Part shown: piece by piece, positions 53,397 through 64,000 of the stretch | How positions within the stretch are numbered: position 1 is the first letter of the stretch | How the letters are laid out: each line of letters opens with the position of its first letter | From: Antedon mediterranea | Lineage: Eukaryota; Animalia; Echinodermata | Direction of reading: 5' to 3' | Assembly: GCF_964355755.1 (NCBI RefSeq) | Contig: NC_092671.1 | Location: 23,200,070-23,264,069, forward strand | Length of the DNA: 64,000 nt | Program-made: the position numbers and the translations under genes | The notes under the pieces: model-generated | The model's database searches: none | Told to the model about the DNA's origin: nothing | What the model saw: only the letters and a program-made list of their open reading frames with translations

Positions 53397-54983
53397 CTGG
53401 GGCGGATCCAGACATTTTTGAGAGGGGGGGGGGGGGGGTCCGCCGATAAAAAGGGCACATCAGATATTGAGTATTTGAGCCACAGCCCCCCCCCCCCTAT
53501 GGTGGGGGTTGTGGCGAAGCGAATTTTGTTACAGGACACACTTAGATGGCCGGAAATGGCACTCTCGCACGCAAAATCCATGATAAATGGCACCTTTCTA
53601 GTTCGCCGGAAATGACACTTTATTAGCAGGGATAACGATGCAAAATTAAAAGTTGTTATGTTTCAACCAATTTAAACATTATCTGTTGGTATTTTGTTTC
53701 AATATTCCAATAAAGAAAGAATTACGAAAATCTGACTTGTAGTTTTCGAACGTTGTAAACAAATTGCGCCATTTTTCACTAAAATAATTACATATAATTA
53801 CGTTTTATAGTAATTTCTTTTATATCAACATTGGAAATATCAATAAAATATGTTATTAAATGTTTATAAAATATATAGAGTTGTTTATTTAACGGAATTC
53901 GTACAAATTCATTGCTCTAAATTTGTGTAGTAGTACCGTTCAGTACAGAGAGATCACGTGACTTCTTGGTACACGCGAGAGAAAACATTCCGCTGTGGGT
54001 GATTCGTGTCCACAATCCAAAATAGCCAGAATCCAAAATCATTCAACCGTGAGCTCTGCCGATCGCGGGAAAGCTCAGCTTTGATTGGCTTACGATGACA
54101 TCATATCACAAAATGGTGGTTTTGTAGTTGAGCCTCACGTAATTTTCACAAATATTGTTTCAAAAATGAAATAAATGAACCTTCTTTATGGTATGTGTGA
54201 TTTTTCTTTAAAAGATTTGAATAATAAAGGCTTCATATCGAGAAAAAAACATTTTTTTGGCACTTATAATAAATATTTCTCAGAGAAAAAAGCACATGGC
54301 TTGTAGAACTATATTATCTTGGCGTAGGAAGACAAACAAATCCCAGGTCATGAGAGGCTCAACTACAAAAACAAGGTTGAATAGTAGTAAGGACCGTTCG
54401 ATGATTTTTGAGTAAACAATCTACCGCGTATGGTCGTACGCGGTAGATAGTACGATATTTTAAAGTACATTTTTTACATGTTTGGTTGGATGTAATGGAA
54501 ATAAAAAATAGTTGATCTGATGGAATGATATGTAAATAAACAAATACTCAAAAGAATTATGTTTACAGTTCAATTATTTTCAGAATAATAATACATAAAA
54601 ATGTGTTTACCAATGGACAAATAATCGCGTCAATAACAGAGCGCGCATGGTAACGTACGCGGAGTTGAATCGTAAAAAGTTTACATGCGCCCTCTGTAGT
54701 ATGCGAAACGATCTATTTTTAGAAGTTTAAGTAGAGATCATCACGCATCACCACCTCTCACAATGCTCTTTGATCGGCCGCCGTAACTTAACATCGCGCT
54801 CATTGTGATAAATTTCTGTTTTTATTTTTGGGGTTATTAGTGTAGCTTACTCTGTGCATACTAATATACACACAAATATGTCACACGAATAAAATATTGA
54901 ACCTCTAAAAAAAGGGCACCCTTAAAATTTAGGGGGGGTCCGGACCCCGTGGACCCCCCCCCCCCCCTCTGGATCCGCCCCAG
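53397..54983. mobile_element. Non-autonomous DNA element, perfect 16-bp TIR, 5-bp TSD (hAT5-like)
   Basis: CTGGGGCGGATCCAGA / TCTGGATCCGCCCCAG; TSD CCTCC at 53392-96 and 54984-88; long G and C runs subterminally. Confidence 0.88.
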
Positions 54984-55460
54984 CCTCCAGTATCCCTGAC
55001 TTAACCAGTAATTAGCAAAAGAATGAGGATCTAATGTCGATTTCTTTAATAGATGACCAATCTACGAAAGAACTCTATCCCCTCATGGTGTCTTTGTATG
55101 AATTTGTCCTTTCACTTACGATGCCAACTGTGGATTGTGAGCGAGGTTTTAGTGTTATGAATTTAAACAAGACATTGTTGCGCAACAGAATGAAAATCCC
55201 TCATTTGAGCAATGTAATGATGATTTCAATCAATGGGGGTGACAGGCGCACATTTGACTTTGAAGAGGCATTTGGAATATGGAGCTCCAAAAAGGCATGC
55301 CATGCTTTGAGACATGTATAGTAATGAATGATGTAAACATTTAACGATAATAAAGTTTTGTTTTAAAACTGTAAATACTTTTATGTGTACAGGTAACTGA
55401 TTGACTCGAGAAACGTTATTATTAATGATGTACATCTAAGATGCAATGATAATGTGTTAA

Positions 55461-57040
55461 CTAGACATGAAACTCCTCACTTTGACGAGTTAGTTATCCG
55501 CACCACGACAAACGCCACGTGCACGTCATACGTTGGAATATTGCACACAGATAAAGATTATGGCATTATGACAAGAACTGAAGAATATGATATGCTGTTA
55601 GTGCTGAATTCTGTCAATTTTGTGTCATATACAGTATGCAAACAGTATAATCTGTATACATATTACATACAGTGTAGAATAGGTGAAATTACGGGACCCG
55701 CCATTTATTCCAACATGGCGACGGTATCAAAATGAAACGCTTAGATAGCAATTCCAGAAGGAAATTATCTCAGGAACAACATATTAACATGTAGAAGAAA
55801 TTTGAATACGTAAAATATAGATGCCCACCCTTTTAAATGTGATGAACTATTACGCAAAATATGAAAATACGTCTTTTTTTATTCAACTGGCCATATGATG
55901 ACATCACAACATCCGATTGGCAAAATGTTTACATGAATTCGTATCTACAATCCAATAGCTTCCATAAAACGTTTTAATCGTGATTATCACATTTTATTCT
56001 TACGAGCTATTACAGATTAAAATTTACTGTAAAGATGAAATTAATGACCCACGTAATTAAAATTTTTAGGCATAATGACGTCATAAAAATTAAAATATTT
56101 TTATCTCATGCTAAAGAAAGTTGATTGACCTACACAATATATAAATGTAGGAGAAAAAGGAATACAGATAAGCATGATGCGCTCCATTGAATGTGATGAG
56201 CAATAACGAAAGAGACAAAAATCTTATATTTTACATTCGTGTGGCCATACGATGACGTCACAATGTTTTTTTAGCCTTATCGATGCATGATCCGATATCT
56301 ACAACTCATCAACTTCTAGATTTTGAAATAAAAATAAACGGTTCACGGTTTACTTTAGAAACTATGACTGTTTAAAAAAAGACATAATTTTGACGATTTT
56401 TAAAGCTTTTTCATAAAAAACACGCATGAATTGTCTAATTCAACGTGTTCGTATGGCGTTATTTAAATTGGAAAAGGTCTAAATTGTTTTAAAAATTACT
56501 AGGAAAGGCTTGAAAAATATAATTCAAGAGAAAAAAAAAAATGTTTTTAACGCTACGTGCGCACCGCGTGCGTAAAAAAATGCGCGCCCGTGGGAATTTT
56601 TGACATGCTCAAAATGACAAGAAACGCATAAAAAGTTGATTAGAAATTAATTTTGCGCATTTTGAAATTCTAAATGCGCGTGCGCGCGTAACTTCTTGTG
56701 AAACATGCCATTTTTAATCCGTAGAAAGTTTGCCCCTGATATGACTTAAATTTCAAAAGTCAAAGTGTCAATACTAAATGACTTTTGGTTTTTAATCTAT
56801 GATCAATCATTGAAATTCATAAGTCACGTTGCGCAACTATGACGTCATTCAAAAATAGGAGGTGCACAACTTCATGTAAATGCCCATATGTTGTCAAAGT
56901 TATGAAATGTTATGTTTACACATTTTAGAGAAACACGACTCACAAAAAGGAAGGATGGAAAGAAGAATAATACAGAAAAAAACTGATTGATCCAATACAA
57001 TAACAAGGAGTTATCCGCTCTACAAGCGGATAACTAATAA
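55461..57040 (-). mobile_element. Intact Helentron/HINE-type non-autonomous rolling-circle element
   Basis: One end is TTATTAG plus an 11-bp hairpin agttatccgct-ctaca-agcggataact (57009-57035). The other end has subTIR agttatccgc, a short stem-loop and CTAG|TT at 55461. No TSD. Confidence 0.82.
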
Positions 57041-57198
57041 ATGTTGAATTTTTTTATTGCACAAGTTTTTTGTTAATTTTGGTTTGGCTATTCAAATTAA
57101 AATTTGGCTAATCCTTTTTATATCCAATTAGCCAAATTGCTATCCATTTATGTTGCCAGCTTAAACCCTGGAGAAGGTGCACTCACTGAATAGAAGAT

Positions 57199-57560
57199 GT
57201 GCCACTGAAAGGAACACCACAGATTAAAGTGACAAATGTTGTAGAAAAGACACCATCTAGGCCTAGACCTATTCATAAAGTAACAAAGAATATGAGTGCA
57301 AATAACATGAGTATGAATGTTGAGGATAACTCTCTATTGATACATAAACCAGTTGTTGTTTTACCAAAACCCAAGCCTGCCTCCTATGATAAGGCTGTTA
57401 AATCTAACTTAAACAAACCTGCAGAACAACAGAAAATGATATACAACAATATCTGCATAAGCTTAGAATTGTTCTGCAAGTCTCCAGGTTAAAACCGAAA
57501 CATGATGCTGCATCATTCCAGATCTGTACTGAGTCACAATGGATGTACATACAAGTTACA
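57199..57560 (+). pseudogene. Probable LINE ORF1 fragment
   Basis: Low-complexity ORF followed by LKPKHDAASFQI, resembling ORF1 C-termini of CR1/L2-group elements; no splice context. Confidence 0.3.
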
Positions 57561-59296
57561 AATAAAGTCAGATGTGCTACTTTTCAAGGGGTAGGGGCGT
57601 TTATTTTTTGTGTAATATCATGGTAACATGTATAATCAAATAAATACACCCTAGATATAAAAAATGCAACACAATTAATATAATAATAATAACTGGATTA
57701 AACCTCCTTTTATATAGGTGCAAGCAAGTACAATCAAGATATAAACCAATATAGACCAATCCATTGTCATCATTCCGTATGACACTGCACTGTTGCATAA
57801 TATTTTTGAATGTCACTGACAAATTATATACAGTCTGTTCCCAGTGTAGATAATAAAACAATATATATTTCTGGAGATTTATTATCAATACCACTAGAAA
57901 ATTTGATATGTTTTAGGTACTGATAAAAGCATCAGAAGTATATTTTAAAGTCATAAATCATGATAAAATCATAATACACACCAGTAGTAGTAGTACACAA
58001 TGGTGGAAAGGAAAGTAAAATAGTAATGAAACTATGTATTGGCATTCAAAAATATGCAAAAGGCAATGTTGATTGTTGACAAATTGATAGATAATAGAAT
58101 GAAGATGAATATGAACAATGAGACGGAGTGCAATTGTGTCTCATCATTACACTGGCACCCGGAGAGGATTTGTTAATAGAGCCTGTGACAGTGTCACTTT
58201 TATTCTAACATACAGACACAAAAGCATAAAGAGGAAAACAAATCATGTAAAGTACCTTTTATCAGTGAGAAACGAATTATATATCATTATTAAAATTAGG
58301 CCATTTATTCGAATAAACACCGGCTTTGAATAAAAGCCTTCCTCAAATAAACGTGACCAAAATTGCTATCTACGTGTTTCATTTTGATGACGTCATCATG
58401 TTAAAAATTGAAATAAAAGGCGGGTTCCATTATTTTCACGTATACAGTATACATACTTAGACCTGACACAAAAAAAGGGCACTCTAACATTTTATTTTCT
58501 TTAGGTCACAATGGCATAATTGTTTTCTATGCGCAATATTCTAAAGTATAACATGCACATGGCGTTTGCGCCATATTGACGAGTTCAAATCTAGTTGTTT
58601 TTGGTCTTTATAACCTTTTGCCACATTTTCAAAATGTATAACCAAGCCAAAAATGATTGTTTGACCTTAAAGTGCCTACAAAAGTCGATCAAGCTACTAG
58701 AGTAATCACTAATAGGACTATTAGTATTTATTTTTACAATAAATGTAGTTTGTGACCTTAAATTAGATCTAAAGAAGGTAGGGAATGCGACTTTAAATAA
58801 ACAATTCTTGAAGAATATTACAATCCAGGTAAAATTAATCAGACATGCTGGTTGAGAAGACAGATTTCAATTAACAAAACAAGTTGTTGCAAAACCATCA
58901 CATATATGGCATTTTATAGATTTATAGCAATTGTTTTATTTAATTTTATAGTTTTTTGTATTAAATTTGTTAAAAAATAAATTGTATGGTTTGATTGATT
59001 GGGGTCATATCCATGTGTTTACATACCGTATATTTCGGTGTATAAGTCGCACTTTTGACACGCAAATTTGACCTCTAAATTAAGGGTGCGTCTTATACAC
59101 CGAACATAAATGCCTCACCACACAGATTGTACATATATGCCTAGGCCTAGGCTATCGTCACCTCGTTTGCTAGGCCTGAGTAGGCTAGGCCTAGCTACAG
59201 TAACTAACGTACGTAACGGCAACCTGCTTCTGCCTAGTTTTCAAGGCATTTTAGCATGATGTTATACTAAATATGATGAAAAGATTTGTTCATTAT

Positions 59297-62200
59297 TACT
59301 GGTACCATACAAAGTGTTGCAATATTTCCACTAAACAGTACCGTAAGCTACAGAAATCAGACGCAAATGTTGCTTGGTTTTGCCTGTCATGTGAGCTACC
59401 AAACTTCTCTGATTCCTTTTTCACCAATAACGATGAATCTCCCGTATGTACAAACTCTTTCTCAGCCTTAAGCGATGAGAGTGATGATGATGATGTAATG
59501 CATGACCCCATAACTGCGGATAACGATAATAATTCTCGTCATAAAGCAAAAAAGAAGACTACATTAAAAATACTTATCGCGAACTGCTGCAGTATACGGA
59601 GTATATCTAAGCAAGCTGAACTCCAATCACTTATTGAAACAGAAAATCTTGACATAGTATTGTGCACAGAAACCCACCTCGATGAGACATATCCTGTGCA
59701 AACAGGGGTACCACCAGGCTATGACGCATATCGAACCGATGACCGATGGGGTGCTGGCGGAAAACTTCTCGCATTTAAAGAAAATCTACTTGTATCACCG
59801 GTTGAAAATGGGAATGCTCCCGCAGTATGGGGTAAATTACTCTCCAAAGGGAACATGCCTATTTTTGTTGGATCCTTTTACAGGAATCCATCATCGGGAC
59901 AAGAAATGCTTGACAGTCTGGAGGACAATCTCAGAAAAATGATTACTGGCAACTCTTTACCACTCATTATATTAGGAAGCGACATTAATCTGCCAAGTAT
60001 AGACTGGGAAACTATCTCAGTCCAACCAAACCCCCAATATGGTATTGTCCATCAACCAGAAATTCCTTGACCTAATAAACAATTTGTCTTTAACTCAACA
60101 TGTCTTAGAACCTACAAGAATGAACAACATACTTGATATTTTGCTAACTACATATCCCTCTTGCGTGGAAAATGTAAGAGTAATATTAGGGATTAGTGAC
60201 CATTACGCAGTAGTTGCAGAAATAAACACCTCGGTAAAGACAAACAAGAACAAATCAAGACAAATCTACATGTTCAAAAAGGGAAATATGGACGCAGTAA
60301 AAACCGACCTAAAACACATTAATACCAATACTGAAGAAAAGTCTGTAAATGAAAATTGGATCACATTACGGGAAAGCATCATAAACATTATCAACTGCCA
60401 TATACCTCGGAAAACCATAAAGAACGGAAGAGGCATTCCATGGATGAATGATGAAATCAGAAAAATGATAAAACGACGTAAAAGAGTCTATAGAAAAGCA
60501 AAAAGATCTGGAAAGGATGATGACTGGATGCAATTTCGTACTCTAAGGAACTCCATTAGAAGAAAACTGGATAAAGCACAACTTAACTACATTAAAGGAA
60601 TTCTAAATATAGAAAACCTCCATACTGCCCCAAAGAAATTTTTGTCATTTATTGCACACAAGAAGAAAGATCGTACTGGATTACCACCATTATCATCCAA
60701 ATCTGGACTTGTATATACAAGTACCGAAAAAGCTGAAGTTTTTAACTCACAATATACCAGCGTCTTCACCCAAGAAGATAGCACATCAATACCTTCTATA
60801 AGCAATCAATTTCCTGAAATGGAGGACTTTGAAATAGACATTGCAGGTGTATCAAAACTCTTAGAAAACCTTAACCCCCATAAAGCGCCTGGACCCGATC
60901 AAATTCCGATACGTATTTTGAAAGAATGTTCAAATGAAATCGCCCCAATACTAACAAATATTTTTAGTCAATCACTACAAACAGGAAGTCTTCCAGATGA
61001 CTGGATATCAGCTAATGTCTGTCCTATTTATAAGAAGGGAGATAAATCATCACCAGCAAACTATAGACCCGTTTCATTAACATCGGTATGCTGTAATCTA
61101 CTGGAACATATCCTATTTCACAACATCACGGCTCATATTGAAAAGTTCAACATCATCAAGCCATACCAGCATGGCTTTCTGAAGAAACATTCATGTGAAA
61201 CTCAACTCTTAAACACAATTGAAGAAATCAGCCACCATCTTGACCAAGGAAGTAAACGCCAAATTGATGTACAAATACTTGACTTCAGTAAAGCGTTTGA
61301 CACGGTTGCACATCAGAGACTACTCCACAAACTCAGCAAATATGGAATATCAGGACAAACTCTAAACTGGATCCAGTATTGGCTTACAAATAGAAACCAA
61401 TGTGTCATAGTTGATGGAGAGATATCAAAAACAGCAAAGGTAACATCAGGAGTGCCTCAAGGCACGGTACTTGGTCCGTTAATGTTTCTATTAATAGCAT
61501 CAATGACATCAGTGAAGATATTAGCACCGGTACAACCATAACATTATTTGCTGATGACTGTTTACTCTTTCGTAAATAAAATAGCAGACCAAGAACAACT
61601 ACAACATGACCTTGATCAAGTAGTCCAATGGTCTAAAAAATGGCAGATGTCTTTTAATCCATCAAAATGCTATACAATGAACATGACGAGGAGTAAAAAT
61701 CCACTTACACTTGAATACAAGATGAAAGGAGAGATTCTAACCACTGTCAAGAGCAGCAAATACCTTGGAGTCTTAAATAACAAATGATCTATCATGGGAA
61801 CCACACATAAACCAAGTTATAAACGATTCCAATAAGATTCTAGGCTTCCTAAGGAGAAACTTCTCTCGATGCGACTCTCGTATTAAGGCAACTGCCTATC
61901 AATCACTAGTTCGTCCAAAACTTGAATATGCAGCTGCAGTATGGGATCCCCATCAATCACAACTTATAAACAAGCTTGAAATGGTACAACGAAGAGCTGC
62001 AAGATTTGCAACATCCGATTACAGAAGAACATCAAGTGTCACATCCATGCTACACACACTACACTGGCCAACTCTTCAACAACGTAGGAAAAAGAAAAGA
62101 TTAATGTTACTAAAACGAGCTATTAATGAGGAGATAGCCATTGACATTCCATCATATGTTAAGAAACCATCACGTCAACAACGAAATACGAACTTGCATA

Positions 62201-62615
62201 AATATACGCCGATCTTCTGTCGTACACAATGCTACAAATACAGTTTTCTGCCCAGAACATTAAATGACTTAGGAGAGTCTTTTATAGCGATATTTTTTGC
62301 TTTTTGACAATCCGCCAGGATAGTGTTCTGCGCTTTTTCTCTGCTTGTTGTTGTTCTATGTAATATATGCTTTTTGTATTGTTTTTGTATTATTTTTTCT
62401 GGATAATAAATGAATATGAATATGACTGGAACAGCCTCCCGACCGAAACCGCGCTGTCTCAAAAAGCCGCATTTGAGCAAGCCCTTGATAAATTCATAAA
62501 AGTTTATAGATAAATAAATAAAATTGAGCACACGTGGCGTACCGTAAGCTGCAAACACACTGGATTATAGTGCTGAAATCAGCGATGTCCAGTCATCATT
62601 CTGAAGATTCTGAAG
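59297..62615 (+). mobile_element. 5'-truncated CR1-group LINE: partial PHD finger, APE endonuclease, RT; few frameshifts
   Basis: WYHTKC...WFCLSC, ANCCSI, TETHL, SDH, DFSKAFD, GVPQGTVLGP, FADD, VQRRAARF; tail (TTCTGAAGA)2; ATTAT duplicated at 59292-96 and 62616-20. Confidence 0.95.
62270..62421 (+). mobile_element. 152-bp 5'-truncated retroposon tail inserted in the LINE
   Basis: TSD ATGACT (62264-69 and 62422-27); ends AATAAATGAATATGAAT; removal restores FLPRTLNDWNSLPTET. Confidence 0.88.
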
Positions 62616-63452
62616 ATTATGGCGATAAAATTTCATTTGTAAACGTTTACGTACGATTGGAATAGTATTTATTTATACAGTAGTTATATGCACGATCGCC
62701 GTACCCCCAGCGCAAGCCCTCTTGGCGGCCACATGGTGTACGGTATTCGACTAGTATATTCTCCAGGTGATTATAGCATGGACCTAGCGTACACACTTCA
62801 ATTCTCGGATACATACATAGATACTAATCGAATACGATTGTCCGTGAAAACGTGCGCCCTCTCGAAATGATCGAGCGAGGCTAGCCCACACGTACATGTT
62901 ACACACACGGTCATGCACTCGATGTTGCGGCTGTTGAGGCTGGGCGCAGCCGAGCCTAGGTAAGAAAAAACCTAAATAAAGGACGCTGTTGCAGATATAA
63001 CAAAATATATTATTACAATAATATTGATTACAATTTAAAAAAACATTGTTTTGATGAAATATAAGGTGCGTCTTATACACCGACGATATAAAAAATACCG
63101 ATATTTTACTCTCAGTTAGGGGGTGCGTCTTATGCACAGGTGCGACTTATACACCGAAATATACGGTAGTTCGAAATGTTCATGGTTCAAAATGGTCATA
63201 CAAATTTCAAGTCTATTAATAATTATAAAATAAAGTCTCAAATAATAAACACATCCGTTCACTACCCCAACCATACCGTACAAATACACACAATATTGCC
63301 TTATCTAGATTGGACTAGACCACTTACAATTACACCTCAAACATACTTCAATTAAAAAAAATTATGAGTTATGAGAAAACTTTTTAATTTTAGGCAATTC
63401 AATTTCATGCACGGTCAGTTTGGGAGATTCAAAATCAAAATAAAATACTCAC

Positions 63453-63569
63453 TATCCTCTTTCATATCGTCAATATCTGAACAACTTGAGTAGTCATCAA
63501 TATCAGATCCAGAAGCAATTTCTTGGATAGCATTTGGTGTTTGAACTTCCATTTTTTCATTACCTAAAG
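63453..63569 (-). CDS. TANC: Probable TANC/rols-like exon 1 in window (LGNEKMEVQTPNAIQEIASGSDIDDYSSCSDIDDMKED)
   Basis: Acceptor ttattcccaccag, donor GTGAGT; 117 nt open, phase 1-1 compatible with exon 52159-52533; no conserved motif recognised. Confidence 0.65.
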
Positions 63570-63686
63570 CTGGTGGGAATAAAATGTTAAAGCATGATTT
63601 TAACTACAGTAAATTTCAAACAACTTTTAAAAAGTAACTGTATACCGGTGGTACTCGGTATAAGGAAACTTATAATTAATATATCC

Positions 63687-63783
63687 ATTAATTATAAATA
63701 GAACCTATGTTAGTTCATAATGTTAATATTCAAATTTTGAATATTAATATTATAAACTAACATAGGTTCTATTTATGATTAAT
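63687..63783. repeat. 97-bp AT-rich near-perfect palindrome
   Basis: 48-bp arms, 1-nt centre at 63735, 3 mismatches. Confidence 0.92.
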
Positions 63784-64000
63784 ACTGTATTTTAGATCAG
63801 CATAGTAAATGTTACGCTCTGATTAAATACTTTTTATTCTTGGTACCAATAATTTACGAAACATAGGCCTAGGCTACCCAACGTACAGTGTGCAGACCTT
63901 TGCACTGCATGTTTATGTGATTTGACCTTTGAACTAGATTACCTTTAACAGTCTTTTACTGGTCTGATACTTTGCCATCATATTTAAATGAGATTAATAA

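Larger units (their letters stand above)
53230..57170 (+). mobile_element. Decayed hAT transposon 3' part (dimerisation domain at 55034-55321) carrying two nested insertions
   Basis: PTVDCERGFSVMNLNKTLLRNRM..LSNVMMISING is the hAT C-terminal dimerisation motif. The coding remnant continues across the 53397-54983 insert. Probable terminus ttaaaccctg at about 57170. Confidence 0.75.
59026..63166. mobile_element. pogo-like MITE (sister of 15495-16297) split by a LINE
   Basis: Same TIRs and TA TSD; 59026-59296 plus 62621-63166 are colinear with the uninterrupted copy. Confidence 0.93.

Overview
AT-rich animal (marine invertebrate-like) genomic DNA, not prokaryotic. The window is the interior of one large minus-strand spliced gene, a TANC/rolling pebbles family scaffold (STAND P-loop NTPase followed by ankyrin repeats). 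I reconstructed 11 GT-AG coding exons by hand, from 63569 down to 5210. They total 4160 nt (about 1,387 codons) and every splice phase is consistent. Both gene ends lie outside the window. The introns are mostly transposable elements, often nested: CR1/L2-group LINEs, Tc1/mariner-pogo, hAT, Mutator, piggyBac and Harbinger MITEs with readable TIRs/TSDs, Helentron-type elements, BEL and Gypsy remnants, minisatellites and a 97-bp palindrome. I found no CRISPR array, rRNA or tRNA, and no clearly new multi-gene system. The best leads are a 358-codon cassette-compatible TANC exon, multi-level TE nests with empty-site sister copies in the same window, elements with unusual 5- and 10-bp TSDs, and a MITE-supplied ATG fused to a truncated LINE. 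TE superfamily calls rest on terminal structure and recognised motifs, not database searches.
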